A DNA stretch of 64,000 bases. It comes from an uncultured Verrucomicrobiae bacterium. GTDB lineage: Bacteria > Verrucomicrobiota > Verrucomicrobiia > Chthoniobacterales > Chthoniobacteraceae. This document shows positions 1 to 11,333 of the stretch, one piece after another; position 1 is the stretch's first letter, and each line of letters opens with the position of its first letter. The stretch spans positions 384,001 to 448,000 of the forward strand of contig CAVYKI010000012.1 in NCBI GenBank assembly GCA_963769025.1, written 5' to 3'. The translations under genes and the position numbers were made by a program. A model generated the notes under the pieces. That model did no database searches and was not told where the DNA came from. It saw only the letters and a program-made list of their open reading frames with translations.

Positions 1-1347
1 CGTGCTGGATCGGCAGGAAGTCGAGATGCTCGCCCGCGGCGGCCAGCACGTTCACGCGATAGACGATGGCTGCTTCGAGCGCGCCGGCGCGCATCTGGGT
101 GACGAGCAGGTCGGCGGTCGGCGTCTCGACGACGACGTTTTTGCGCACGCTGTCGTTGAGGCCAGAGGACTTGAGCATGCCGCGCGTCATGTAGCCGAGC
201 GTGCTCTGCTCTGCGTTGCACAGGCCCACTTTCAGGCTCGGCTGCGCGAGATCGGCGAGCGTCTTCACGCCGCGCGGATTGCCCTTTTTCACGACGATGC
301 CGATGTCCGTCTGCGGTGAGGATGACGGCTTCGGGAAACATGTCGGCGACCGGCGGGACGAAGCACAGGTCGCACGCAAAGTAGGCGTCGGGAAATTTCG
401 GATTGTCGCTGCCGCCCATCGTTTTCATCGAGGCGCAGAGGATGCCGCAGCCGTTGAAGACGGTGGTGACGGTCACGCCTTCGCGATCCGCGAACTGCTT
501 CAGCAACCCCTCGATCGCGGGGCGGTTCACGCCGCCGCTGTAGAGGATCAGCTCGGGCTTGTCGGCCCACGTGTCGCCGCCTGCGGGCGTGAAGCCGTTC
601 GCCTTGAAAATCGCGCCGCCCTTTTCCGGCGCGGCGAGATAGCGGGCGAAATGCAGCGCGGCCGCGGGCTGCGTGCGAAAAATTCGAGCACGGTCGCCGA
701 GGCATTTTCGCTGCGCGCGGAAAGTTCCGGCACTTCGATGGCCTCGACCTTGAACTGTCCGACGATCGAGTCCCAGACGATCGCCGCATCCACGGTGCCG
801 AGCGCAAGGTCGGCGGCGATCTCCGTGACGGTCGGCTTCATCACGGCGGCGTGCGCGGCGAGCTTCGTCCACGTCTCGCCGAGCACCGTGCGCGCGACGC
901 GCGAGATGCTGGCCGCCTCGGGATTCGCGAGCGCGACTTTCACGTCGTCGCGCAGGAGATCGGCGACGGTGCGGATGTTCTTCGGATTGCCGGCGCGCAC
1001 GCCGATGACCGGCTTCTGCTTGGCGAGCGGGAGGACTTCGCGAATCACGCCGGACTTTTGCGCGTCCGCCACCGATGCCATCGTCGGCGGCGATGAAGAG
1101 GTCGCCCTGCTTCGCCACGCGGAGCTGGCTGAGCAGCGTGCCGCTGCCGCCGTATTGCAGGCGCACTTCGACGCCCGATCTCGCGCTGGTATTGCTGCGC
1201 AACCGCCTCGACGGGCTTCTTCAACCCGGCGGCGCAATACACCGTGAGCGTCGCCGCGCCTTGGCGCGACGCCGAGCGATGCTGGTAAAGCGCAACGCCA
1301 CCGAGCAGCAGGGCGAGCAGAATCAAAATGGCGGCGAGCTTCCTCAT
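1..1347 (-). CDS. Molybdate/tungstate (ModA-like) ABC substrate-binding protein with two tandem SBP domains; frameshifted, runs off window
   Basis: Start MRKLAAILILLALLLGG (signal/TM), then LTVYCAAGLKKPVEAVAQQY; PVIGVRAGNPKNIRTVADLLRDDVKVALANPEAASI and LGTVDAAIVWD are ModA-like. A second copy begins LILYSGGVNRPAIE and includes IVVKKGNPRGVKTLADL. Reading frame changes several times. Confidence 0.75.
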
Positions 1348-2413
1348 GGCTTCGGGCGGAGTGTGCGCCATGCCAGCCCGCTGCCAAGCACAAGCAGGAC
1401 AGCGGCGGCGATGGCAGCGGGGGAAAGTCCGTTTTCCTGAACAGGAACCGGCGTAGCGACCGCGCGCGATGGATACTGCCTCAGGCGTCGGCACCTCGGG
1501 CTTCGGAGCGTCCGGCATTGGTGTTTCCAGATCCGGCACGGCACCCGCCGGCTTTTGCAATGTGACGGATGGTGACGGCGGGAAAGCCCATCGCGCGCAG
1601 CGATTCGTTCCAGTCCGCGTTCACCACCAGATCCCAGCCGGGATTCATCCGCTTCACCTCGCACGAGCATGCGCCGAGGAGGAAGAGGCACGCCTCGTCG
1701 ATCTGCTCGTCGCCAAAACCCTCCGCCGGCCACGCACCGAGCGCGCGGCCGCGGCCGAAAACCAGCGCGAGCCACGGGCCGTTCGCGTTTTCACATGCCG
1801 TGGTTCGGCCCGGCGAGCATCGACGATGAAAGATCTGCTCGGCCACGTCGTCGCGCTTGATTCGCAGCAGGGAGAATTTGACGCGCGAGCGCGGGACCGG
1901 GACCGAGTTTGCTCGTCGGGTCGTTGGGATCGATTTGCGGAATCTGCGCGACCTGTTCGAGATAGCGCAGCCGCTTTTCCAGCGCGGACGCCGCAGCGAT
2001 CATCAGCCTCGCGCTGGCCGCTCTCGACGAGCACCCACACGCCGCATTCGCCCGCGAGGATGCGCGGCACGATCTCCGCACGCGCCGGGGAATCGGTGAT
2101 CGTGCGAGAGCGCCGCGCCATCGAGCTTGCCTGACCACGCAGGCGTGGCGTCGGGCGCGGCGTGCGGGAATGTGAGGCGCGAGAGCCCTTCCGCATCCGA
2201 GCGCGACGGCGCGAGATTTAGCGGCGTGGAGTCGGTGAGATTGCGCAGGAATCGCGCGACCGCCTCGTCCTTCGCGTCGGTCGCGGAGATCTCCAGCGCG
2301 AACGGATCCGCCTGCCAGCGGTCGAGCGCGTAGCGGAAGACCGGGATCGAGCATGCACGCGCCGGGATGGCGGAAAGGGCCGCTGCGAGGAGAAGCAGTG
2401 CGCGGAGGAGCAT
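1344..2413 (-). CDS. Conserved exported hypothetical protein with C-terminal TM anchor; frameshifted
   Basis: Signal peptide then ACSIPVFRYALDRW; later pieces LVFGRGRALGAW, DEACLFLLGACSCEVKRMNPGWDL and a C-terminal TM (AAIAAAVLLVLGSGLAW). Stop overlaps the next start (ATGA at 1344-1347). Confidence 0.65.
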
Positions 2414-2417
2414 CAGG

Positions 2418-5400
2418 CTACTTTCGCCCGTAACACGTCACTTTGCCATCGACACTTGCGACGTAGAGGCGGCCTTGCGCGACGGCCATGCCGTCCCACA
2501 CGGGCGGGCTTTCGAGCTTCACCTCGGCGCCGATGTCGCCCTTCGCGGTGTTCATCGCGAGCACGCTGCCGCCGCTCTTTCCCTCGAGCGCGTCGTCCTG
2601 CGCGGCGAGTTCCTTGTACACGGCGGGATCCTTTTTCGACATGCGCTCGAAGGCGTATTCCTCGTCGATCATGTCGGGCGGGCCGCTCACGAAAATCGTG
2701 TCCTTCGCCATGCACATCGCGCGGGCGAAGACGGGCGACTGCTGGTTCCACTGGTGTTCGACGAAGCTGCCCTTTGCCGGACCCGCGGGCCTGGCGGCGC
2801 CCGGAGCGGCGGGCTTCGCGGACGCGCCGGCGAGGATGCTCGGTGCGCCGCCCGCTTTGCGGAACCACAGCGCCGCGCCGAGCTTGCCCTTGCCGGTCTC
2901 GACTCCGCTCATCGCGCCGAGGAGCACGCCGCCCGCGTCGTCTTTCGCGTTGCCGTTGTCGAAGCTGCACGCGAGGAGCGCGCCGTTGCCGCGCTGCGAT
3001 GAAATTCGCGCCGTTCGCGTGCTCGATGATTTCGCCGACGGTGAGCGCGCTTGCCGCCAGATCGCGAACTGATCGAGCATGCCGGTGTAGGGCGCGTCCT
3101 TGCCGTATTCGCTCACGAGCGATCCGCCTGCCGTGCCGATGGAGAGACCCTGCTTCGGTGCGCCCGGGATGAAGCCGGGCGCCTTCGCCTCGGCGGCGAG
3201 CTGGCCGTCCACGTAGAGCTGCACTTTTTTCTCCGCGGTGAGCACGCCCGCGATGTGATGCCAGCCCTGATCGAGCGCGCGCGCGGATTGCGCGGTGCCG
3301 GTCTGCTGGTTCGCGCGTACGGAAAATGCCGGGCGTCCTCCTTCGAGCGCGAGCGCGTAGCCCATGAGTCCGCCGCCCTGCTGGCAGATGACGCCATCCG
3401 GGCCATCGGGCAGAATCCACGCCTCGACGGTGATCGGTTTGCCCGCGATCGCGATTTTCTCACCGTCGAACTTCACACTCGGATCGCCTGCCTTGCCTGC
3501 GGGCGCGGCGTTTCTTCCGGCCTGCTTTTTCTTCCCGCCGCCGGCGCTCGCGGCATCCACCTCCACATCCGGCGCCTCCTTCGACGCCGAGAAGAGCTGA
3601 TGCTCCATCGTGGTCGTCCACTTGTAATACTGCGGCATGCGCGCGTAGCCGTACACGTTCTTGTCGTCGTGGACGAGGATGCGGCCCTCGGGCGTGTACT
3701 TGCCGGCCTGGAAATAGCCGTTGTGTCCGCCCGCGAAATTCTTGCCGTAGACCCAGTAGCTGCGGTGGAACCACGAGTCGTCGAGGAATCCCATCGGCGC
3801 GAACAGATGCCGCCCGTCGCCCTTCTGCGCGCCGCCCTGCTCGGCGGCATTCGCGCTGATCGGGCCGATCTCGATGCGGTTGCCGTCGGCGCAGGATTTT
3901 CTGCGAGCGCAGATACATCACCTTGCCGTCGCTGGAGAGAATGTCGTTCAGGCCCACGGGCATCTGCAGCGTCTTGTGCCGGTCCTGGAAGTCGCCGCCC
4001 GTCTCGGGATCCTTGTCGTCGTAGACGACCTCGACGAGTTTCTTCCCGGTCGCCGCGTCGAGGCGGAGGAAACGGAGGCCGCCATCGAGAAACACGGAGC
4101 GTCCCGCGACGCAGCTCACGGTGTCATTTTCCACGAGCACGCTGCCGTGGACGGGCCACGCGCTCTCGATCTGCTCGAAGGCGCCGTGCCGGCGTGAATT
4201 CGGCGCGCCCTGGAAACGCCAGATGAGCGCGCCGTCGGTCGCGCGCAGGCAATACACCCAGCCGTCCTTGCCGCCGAAGAGGACGCGGCCCTTCCACATC
4301 GTCGGCGGCGAATCAATGCGCGCGCCGGCGATGAAATGCCACAGCGGCTTTGCCGGTCGCCGCGTCGAGCGCGTGGAGCGTGTGCGCATCGACCTGCGAG
4401 ACGTAGGCGCGGCCGTCCGCGATGGTCATCGCGCTGAGCGGCCGCCGAGATTTGTCTCCCACGCCTTGCCGAGATCCTTCGACGAGCGGCTGGTCGCTCG
4501 CGCCGCTGCGCGCGGCGTCGTGGCGATACGTCGGCCAGTCGCCGGCATCGGCGGCTTTCTCCTCGATCGGCTGGCCCCACGCGGGGCCGTGTTCGAGGCG
4601 CTGCTCGTCGCGGCGCGGTCTTCGGAAATGGCGAAGTCGCCGCGGAGAGCGCGTTGAGTCCGTCGAGCTTCGCCTCGGGGTAGCACGCGCAATTGTGCGG
4701 ACCGGCGTAGGTGAGGCCGTTCGCCGGAAGCACGCCGTAGAGGCACGCGCCGCGCACCCAGTGGTTGAGGTCCCAGTGCTTCTTCTCGATGTCCACGTAC
4801 TCGATGCCGGTGCGCGACGGGATGATGAATTTCTCCGTCGCCTTCGCGATGTAGCAGCGGTGATGGAACCAATAGGTGCCGTCCGGCACATCCGGGCGTG
4901 AACTGCTTCTTCACCTCGCCGGTGCGCGGATCGCGGCCGATGAATTCGCCGGTCTGATTGCCCTGCGTCGTGCCCGCATTCCACACGAGCCCGCCGGCGA
5001 CGATGAGATCCTCCGGCGAACGGTAGCCGGATTTTTCATGCGGCGCCTTCCACAGCTCCTTGCCGGTCTCCGCGTCGAGGCCCTTCTCGGAGCCGTCGCC
5101 GCCCGCGTAGAGCACCGTCTCGCCGGTGAGGAGCACGCGCGGACCGAAGTTGTATTCGAGCAGCGTGCGCTTCGCCGCGGGACCGCTGGCCCACTTCTGC
5201 GCGCCGGTCTTCGGGTCGAGGCAGACGAGCTGCTCGCCATCGTAAAAGACCACGCGCTTGCCGTCGGTCGGAGAGCGTGATCGGCGTGACTTTCGTCTGC
5301 TCCTTTTTCCAGAGCACCGCGCCGGTGTTCGCATCCACGGCCATGAGCGTGCGCGGCTTTTTGTCCCACTCGTACTCCTGCGCGACGCGCTCCTGATCGC

Positions 5401-6378
5401 TCTGGAGCTTCGGCGCGAAATCCTTCAGCGCCCAGTCCGCGGGATTCACGAGCGCGTAGATGACGCCGCCCACGTGCAGGATTTCCTCCGCGCCCTTTGT
5501 CTCCGGAAAAGTGCGGATCACCTTGCCGGTCGCGCCGTCGATCACGCTGATCGGCTCGCCGATGCCCATCGTGACGAAGATGCGATCGCCGTCCGCGACG
5601 AGCCGGCGCGTGAGCTGCGTCGGGCCGGACTTCAGCGGCCACATGTGCTCGCTCCACTTCTCGATGGGCTTCTTCCACAGCACGATGCCGTTGAAGGCAT
5701 CGCGCGCGATCAGGTTCCACTTCGACGGCAGCAGGATCGAGATGCGCGAGCCTTCATCCATGATGTAGTAAAGCCGCCCGCCGCTCGTGACCTGCGCGCT
5801 CAGCGACGACATGCGGTCGTGATGCCGCGACCAGCGCGGACTGCCGACCCACTGCAGCCGCTCCGGCGGCCCGACCTGCGTGTCCTTCGAGACCGCGTTG
5901 CCCTTCGCGTCGTAGTAATAGTGCGTCCACTCATCGAGCGCTGCGGACTTCGTCTTGATCGTCTTCTTCCCGCCGCGATGAGCGCCACGCCATTCGGCAC
6001 GAGCACGCGCTCCACTTCCGCCATCGGCACGCCGCCGAGATCGTCGGCGACGATGAGGTTCACGAGGTTGTCGATGTAGGGCAGCAGCTTGCCGTCGAAC
6101 GTATCCACGCTCACCGGCCCGTACGCGCCCTTCGCAAAAATCGCCTCGCGCGCCTTCGCCACGCGCGCCGCGTCCGTGTCGAGGCCCTGCACCTGGTAGC
6201 TGTCGTTCGCCCGCAGCGCCGCCGTGAGCGAGCCGTCGCCGATGCCGAGCTGCACGACGATGCCGCCTTTCACCCCGGAGTCCGCGAGGATTTTCGCGGC
6301 GGCGGGATCCGGCGCAGCGTGCGCGGACAGGGTGGCGAGACAGAGGAACGCAGCGAGGGGGAAGCGCGGGGTTTTCAC
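2418..6378 (-). CDS. Large exported protein: SAM-methyltransferase-like N-terminal domain, PQQ-like beta-propellers and a LamG-like domain; multiple frameshifts
   Basis: Signal peptide; GGIVVQLGIGDGSLT...LPYIDNLVNLIV...EVERVLVPNGV (class I MTase-like fold); DEWTHYYYD and DWPTYRHDAARSG propeller starts; repeated xDAxTGKxLW blades; GWHHIAGV...QLYVDG (LamG); ends DGKVTCYGRK. Pieced together from ORFs in three frames. Confidence 0.75.
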
Positions 6379-6432
6379 AGTGGTGGAAATAGCACCGCAC
6401 CGCGGGATTGCCCGCGCAAAATGCGTGCGGCC

Positions 6433-7473
6433 CTACTTCACCTGCACCGTCTTGCCCGTCTTCGCGGCCTCGTAGATTGCGCAGATGGTCGCGACGGCGT
6501 TGCGGGCGTCGCTGCCGGGGACGGCGGGCTGGCGTTTCTCGCGGATGGCGTTGCAGAGGTCCTCGAGCTGAAGGCGGTGGCCCTCGGTGCTGATGGCCAT
6601 CGGGTTCGCGACTCCGCCGCCGATGGCGGAAGTGCTGCTCCCTTTGCGGATCTCCTCGTCGCCGGGCTCGGGTTTCTCGAATTCCCAAAACTTGATGGCG
6701 TCGTCCTCGATGATGATGGAGCCCTTGTCGCCGCTCAGCTCGATGCGCTTGTTCCAGCCGGGGTAGGTGCTCGTCGCGCCCTCGACCACGCCGAGCGCGC
6801 CATTCGCAAAGCGCAGCGTGGCGACCGCGGTGTCCTCGACGGCGATGCGCTCGTGGGCGAGCGTGGCGATGTTCGCCTTCACCTCGACAGGGACGCCGAC
6901 GAACCACGTGAGCAAATCAATCGCATGGACGCCCTGGTTCATCAGCGCGCCGCCGCCGTCCATCTCCCAAGTGCCGCGCCAGCCTGCGCTGTCGTAGTAG
7001 GCCTGCGTGCGCCACCACTTCACATACGCGCTCGCCATGGTGAGGCGGCCGAGGCGGCCGGCGTCCACGGCGCGCTTCACCGTGCGCGCGCCTTCGCCGA
7101 AGCGGCTCTGGAAAACGGCCGCGAGGATCGTGCCGCTCGCCTTCGACGCGGCGATGATGGCGTCAATCTTCTCCACCGTGATCTCCATCGGCTTCTCGCA
7201 GAGCACGTGCTTGCCGGCCTTCAGCGCGGCGATGGCGGGCTCGCCGTGCGAACCGCTCGGCGTGGTGATGCACACCGCGTCCACGTCCTTGCGCGCAAAA
7301 AGCTCATCGAGCGATGCGGCAGCGGCGATGCCCCACTTTGCGCAAAAGGGCTCAAGGCCTGCGACGGAGTACGCGGCGGTGAGCTGCGCGCCGGGGATTT
7401 CGCTGATGGCCTGCGCGTGAATGCCGGAGATGTTGCCGGTGCCGACGAGTGCGAAGCGGACTGTTGCTGACAT
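6433..7473 (-). CDS. Gfo/Idh/MocA family oxidoreductase
   Basis: FALVGTGNIS Rossmann start, GKHVLCEKPM, GGGALMNQGVHAID motifs; start taken at MSATVRF. Confidence 0.92.
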   Translation of the reverse strand: MSATVRFALVGTGNISGIHAQAISEIPGAQLTAAYSVAGLEPFCAKWGIAAAASLDELFARKDVDAVCITTPSGSHGEPAIAALKAGKHVLCEKPMEITVEKIDAIIAASKASGTILAAVFQSRFGEGARTVKRAVDAGRLGRLTMASAYVKWWRTQAYYDSAGWRGTWEMDGGGALMNQGVHAIDLLTWFVGVPVEVKANIATLAHERIAVEDTAVATLRFANGALGVVEGATSTYPGWNKRIELSGDKGSIIIEDDAIKFWEFEKPEPGDEEIRKGSSTSAIGGGVANPMAISTEGHRLQLEDLCNAIREKRQPAVPGSDARNAVATICAIYEAAKTGKTVQVK

Positions 7474-7526
7474 GATTTGAGTGAAAGGGTGAGGGTTGCG
7501 TGCTCTGCGGATCTGACTGGCGGCTA

Positions 7527-7626
7527 GTGAATGGTGAATGGTGACTTCGTTGCGAGCGCAAATCGCGAGACCGCGCGCGGAGCAGCGGCACGGCAACCGG
7601 TCGCTCTCCACCAGTCACCAGCCACC
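7527..7626. repeat. Short heptamer tandem repeats in inverted arrangement
   Basis: gtgaatg-gtgaatg-gtga at about 7527-7543 and ccaccag-tcaccag-ccacc at about 7608-7626, intergenic. Confidence 0.4.
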
Positions 7627-7647
7627 GTTCCGACCCACACCGCCCGC

Positions 7648-8529
7648 TCACGCCTCCGCGACCCAGCGCTGCAGCGTCGCCATGCAGATGCGGCTCGCGG
7701 GCTCGGCATTTGCGGAAAAGGAATAGCCGGCGGGGAGGTGCTGGATGTCATCATCGAGCGGGATGCTGCGCCAGTGGGTTTCGAGCGAGATCCAGCCGTT
7801 GTAACCGCGCTTCTTGAGATCGCGGATGTGGCCGGGGAAATCGATCGACCCCTTGCCGAGTTCGCAGCATTTCAGCGCGGGCTTCGCGCCGTCGCGCGCG
7901 GCGTCCTTGATGTGGACATGCATGACGTGCTCCGCGACCGCGGGGAAGTCGTCGCGGATGGGATCGTTCGTGCCTTCGAGATAGATGCAGTTGCACGGAT
8001 CCCACACGACTCCGAACTGCGGCGACGCGGGCAGGTGCTTCCAGAATTCCGCGGTCTCCGCGCCGTTGCCGACGATGCAGCTCGACTCGTTTTCGATCCC
8101 GATGCGGATGTTCGTGCCGCGCACGATGTCGAGCAGCTTGGGAAAATGCGACGCGGCGCGCTTCAGGTCGTCGCTCGTCGCGGGGTGCGAGCGGCGGAGA
8201 AATGCGAACACCCGCACGATGTCCGTGCCGAGCACGTGCGCGGCCTCGACGGAATGCTTGAACAGCTCCACGTGCGCCGCGATTTCATCCGGCGCGTCCA
8301 GGTTGCACTTGAAGACCGGCGAAGCGGCGCCCGCGATCGCGAGCCCGGCGTCGCGCGCCGTCTTCGCGATGGTCGTGAGGTCTTCAAAGGTGAGATCCTT
8401 GAACGCGCGGCCGAAGAGGCTGCGGACTTCGATGCCGTCGAGCTTGAACTCCTTGGCGAAGCGAAGCACTTCGTCGAGTTCCTGTGAGACTTCGTCGGTG
8501 AGGATGGCGAGTTTGCACCAGTGGGACAT
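7648..8529 (-). CDS. Sugar phosphate isomerase/epimerase (xylose isomerase-like TIM barrel)
   Basis: GIEVRS, IGIENE, VVWDPCN, HVHIKD and GWISLETHW metal-binding motifs. Confidence 0.9.
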   Translation of the reverse strand: MSHWCKLAILTDEVSQELDEVLRFAKEFKLDGIEVRSLFGRAFKDLTFEDLTTIAKTARDAGLAIAGAASPVFKCNLDAPDEIAAHVELFKHSVEAAHVLGTDIVRVFAFLRRSHPATSDDLKRAASHFPKLLDIVRGTNIRIGIENESSCIVGNGAETAEFWKHLPASPQFGVVWDPCNCIYLEGTNDPIRDDFPAVAEHVMHVHIKDAARDGAKPALKCCELGKGSIDFPGHIRDLKKRGYNGWISLETHWRSIPLDDDIQHLPAGYSFSANAEPASRICMATLQRWVAEA

Positions 8530-8724
8530 GGATGGCAGGGGTGTGGCGTGGGAATGTCGCGGGACGGAGGCGCGCAGTGTTCACATCCCCCTGCCCACTT
8601 CAAGCCCCGCCCCGCTTTTCATCCCGCCGGCGATCGCGGCCCGGACCGCCACGCAGGCACCGCTGCCACAAAATCCTTGGCATCGGGGGGCGGAAAGCGA
8701 CGCTCAGCCGCTACGCGAGAAAAC

Positions 8725-9429
8725 ATGAAACGCCTGTTTCTACACATGCCAAAATGCGCCGGGTCCTCCGTGCGCGAGATGCTGATGAAGGACTCACCGG
8801 ATCTCTTTCATCAGGATTACGGCGATTCGTTTTTCAAGATTCCCCGCCCGCAGAGGAATGACGCGCTGCTGCAAAGCCTGCTCCATCCCGCGCAGGCGCC
8901 GGAGGACAAGATCGTGATCGGCCATTTCTTCCCCGTCAAATACCTCGGCGCGGCCGGCGCCGGCGACACCCGCCTCGTCACCATCCTGCGGGAGCCGCTC
9001 GAACGGCTTCGCTCCCACTACCGCTACTTGTGCGCGGGCGACCATTCGCATCATTACGTCTGGAGGAAGATGCAGGCGGAGAATTGGTCCTTCGAGGATT
9101 TCGCCTTCAGCGCCGAGATGCGGAATTTCTATTCCCAATATTTTTTCGGGCTCTCCCCGGGCGCCTTCACCTTCATCGGGCTGCAGGAAAATCTCGCGCT
9201 CTCCGTCCGCGGATGCTGCGCCGCACTTGGGCTCCCCCTCCCGACGGATCCGGAGGTTCCGCGGATCAATGTGAGCACCGCGGAGGTCCCCGTGAAGCTC
9301 AGCGACGCGACCGCGGGCGAGCTGCGCGACTTCCACGCGGACGACTGCGTGCTCTACCGCTACGCCCAGGAGAAATTTTCCCGGAGCCCCTTCCTCGCCG
9401 ACCCCGCTCCCGCCGGCGCGAAGGCCTGA
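8725..9429 (+). CDS. Sulfotransferase family protein
   Basis: FLHMPKCAGSS 5'-PSB loop; TILREPLERLRSHY 3'-PB motif; FIGLQE. Confidence 0.85.
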   Translation: MKRLFLHMPKCAGSSVREMLMKDSPDLFHQDYGDSFFKIPRPQRNDALLQSLLHPAQAPEDKIVIGHFFPVKYLGAAGAGDTRLVTILREPLERLRSHYRYLCAGDHSHHYVWRKMQAENWSFEDFAFSAEMRNFYSQYFFGLSPGAFTFIGLQENLALSVRGCCAALGLPLPTDPEVPRINVSTAEVPVKLSDATAGELRDFHADDCVLYRYAQEKFSRSPFLADPAPAGAKA

Positions 9430-9435
9430 GCGCGA

Positions 9436-10689
9436 TCACTTCCCGATGCACCACAGGTGCCGGTGCGTGCGGAGGAAAAGCTGGCCGTCGCTCACGGCGA
9501 GCGAGCTGTTGGTGAGGCCGTCGCCGACGGAGTTCACGGCGAGCTGCTCGTATTTTTCGGGCGACGCCCGAAAGACCACCACGTCGGAATTCTGCGTGAC
9601 GGCGTAGATGCGGTCGCCGCTGCGCACGAGCGAACTCCACGTGTTTGCGCGGCCCGCGGGCGTCTCCATGCGCTCCTTCCAGAGATCCTTTCCGGTCGCC
9701 AGCTCGATGCACTGGATGATGCCCGGCTCGCCGACGAGCCACGCGTGTTTGCCATCGGTGATGTGGCTGCCGATGCGCTGCGGGTTTTTCCTTTCCTGCC
9801 AGAGCCGGTTCTTTTCGGTGATGTCCCCGCTGCCGCCGACCTTGAGCCCGATGCTGATGCCGCTGAAGCCGCCGAAGCCCGCGATCACGCCACTGCCGGT
9901 CACCGGCTCGCAATACGCCAGCGGGTTCAGCCCGTTGCAGTGCCACAGTGCCTTGCCCGTCTTCGGATCGATGCTGAAGACCGCACCGGGCAGCGAGAGG
10001 ATGAACTCCTCGCGGTCGCCGATCTTCACGATGCTCCCCGTATTCCACGATCCGCCGTAGCCCGGCTGCTGGCCGGGCCCTTCCATCACCGCGGGCGGCG
10101 GCACATTGAAGCGCCACACTTCCTTCCCCGTCTTCTTGTCCACGGCGACGATGAAGCTCCGCTCGCCGGGGCCGAAATTCAGGATGCACAGGTCGCCGTG
10201 CAGCACGGGCGAGGCGGCGTAGCCCCAGATGTGTTTCTGCGGGCCGAGATCAATGTGCCACTGCTCCTTGCCATCGAGCGACCAGCACCACAGCCCCGCG
10301 CTGCCGAACCACGCCACCACGCGCTCCCCATCCGTCGCGGGCGAACTGCTGCAGTACGGGTTCGTCTTGTGCGTCACGTCCTCGCCGGTCCACTCGGGGC
10401 CGGCCTGCCAGAGCGTCCTGCCGTCCTTGCGGTCGAGGCACATCAGCGTGCGCTTCGTGCCGACGGCCTGGGTGAGGAAAATCTTCCCGTCCCACACGAT
10501 CGGCGTGCTGTTCCCGCGCTCGGGCAGTTCCACCTTCCACTTCACGCCCTCGGTCGCGCTGAATTTCAGCGGCAGATCCGTCTCCGGCGTCGTGCCGTCC
10601 GCATTCGGGCCGCGCCACGCGGGCCAGTTCCCGGCGAAAGTGGATGCTGCGAGTGCGAGGAACGCGGAGGCGAGGAGGGAGGTGCGCAT
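9436..10689 (-). CDS. PQQ-binding-like (BamB-like) beta-propeller exported protein
   Basis: Signal peptide, NWPAWRGPNADG, GNSTPIVWDGKIF, VAVDKKTGKEVW, ending LFLRTHRHLWCIG, typical of PVC-superphylum propellers. Confidence 0.88.
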   Translation of the reverse strand: MRTSLLASAFLALAASTFAGNWPAWRGPNADGTTPETDLPLKFSATEGVKWKVELPERGNSTPIVWDGKIFLTQAVGTKRTLMCLDRKDGRTLWQAGPEWTGEDVTHKTNPYCSSSPATDGERVVAWFGSAGLWCWSLDGKEQWHIDLGPQKHIWGYAASPVLHGDLCILNFGPGERSFIVAVDKKTGKEVWRFNVPPPAVMEGPGQQPGYGGSWNTGSIVKIGDREEFILSLPGAVFSIDPKTGKALWHCNGLNPLAYCEPVTGSGVIAGFGGFSGISIGLKVGGSGDITEKNRLWQERKNPQRIGSHITDGKHAWLVGEPGIIQCIELATGKDLWKERMETPAGRANTWSSLVRSGDRIYAVTQNSDVVVFRASPEKYEQLAVNSVGDGLTNSSLAVSDGQLFLRTHRHLWCIGK

Positions 10690-10831
10690 GGCGAAGGTGA
10701 TAACCCCGCCGCCCCGCGGATCGCGAGCGCGGAATGCGGCTTCCGCCGAGCAAATGCAAACGCGGGCGGGGCCGACAGATTTGCGAAGGGACATCCCGGC
10801 GAGTCGGGAGCAGGCTGCGAATTTTGAAAGA

Positions 10832-11282
10832 GTTTCCGTGGCGAAAAGGGGGCGGTCTGCGGGTCTGCAGAGGGCTTCCGGGGCGGGAGCGGGGTCATCT
10901 GCGGAGTTGCCAAGGTCATCCTGTGAGCCGATGGTAGCGCTTTCGCTTTAAATAGCGCATTCGGTGCCGCAATGGTAGCGCATTCAGAACGGAATGCATC
11001 GTGGTGTGCCGCAATGGTAGCGCTTTCAGCTCTGCATACATTGTGCGCTTCACTGGATCGGGGATTTCTCGCAGGTCCGAATCATCGTACGCTGCCGCAG
11101 ACGGTAGCGCTTTCAGCTCTGCATAGATCGTGAGCCATTTGCGCGACAGTCTTGCAAACCCATCCGCTCTGCATCATAATCTGTGAGCCAATCGTGGCGT
11201 ATCCAATCCTGCAAACCCCCGTCCGCTCCAGCCGGGAGCCCCTTGCAGGTCTGCGAAATGCGGCCCTTTCGCCCACGGAAAC
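10832..11282. repeat. Element bounded by long imperfect inverted repeats with an internal direct-repeat array (MITE-like or regulatory)
   Basis: Left arm 10832-10895 (gtttccgtggcgaaaaggg...ctgcagagggcttccggggcgggagcggggt) is complementary to right arm 11215-11282 (accccc gtccgctccagccgggagccccttgcag...ccctttcgcccacggaaac). Core YGGTAGCGCWTTCR occurs at 10932, 10973, 11015 and 11102. Confidence 0.7.
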
Positions 11283-11333
11283 GTTGCCTTTTGCCCTGAA
11301 AATGGCACTTTCCCCGGCGTTTTCCTTCTCTGC

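Noticed and set aside
10921..11190. CRISPR array
   Set aside because: Repeats are degenerate, the intervening segments are short or irregular and partly repeat one another, and there are no cas genes in the window.
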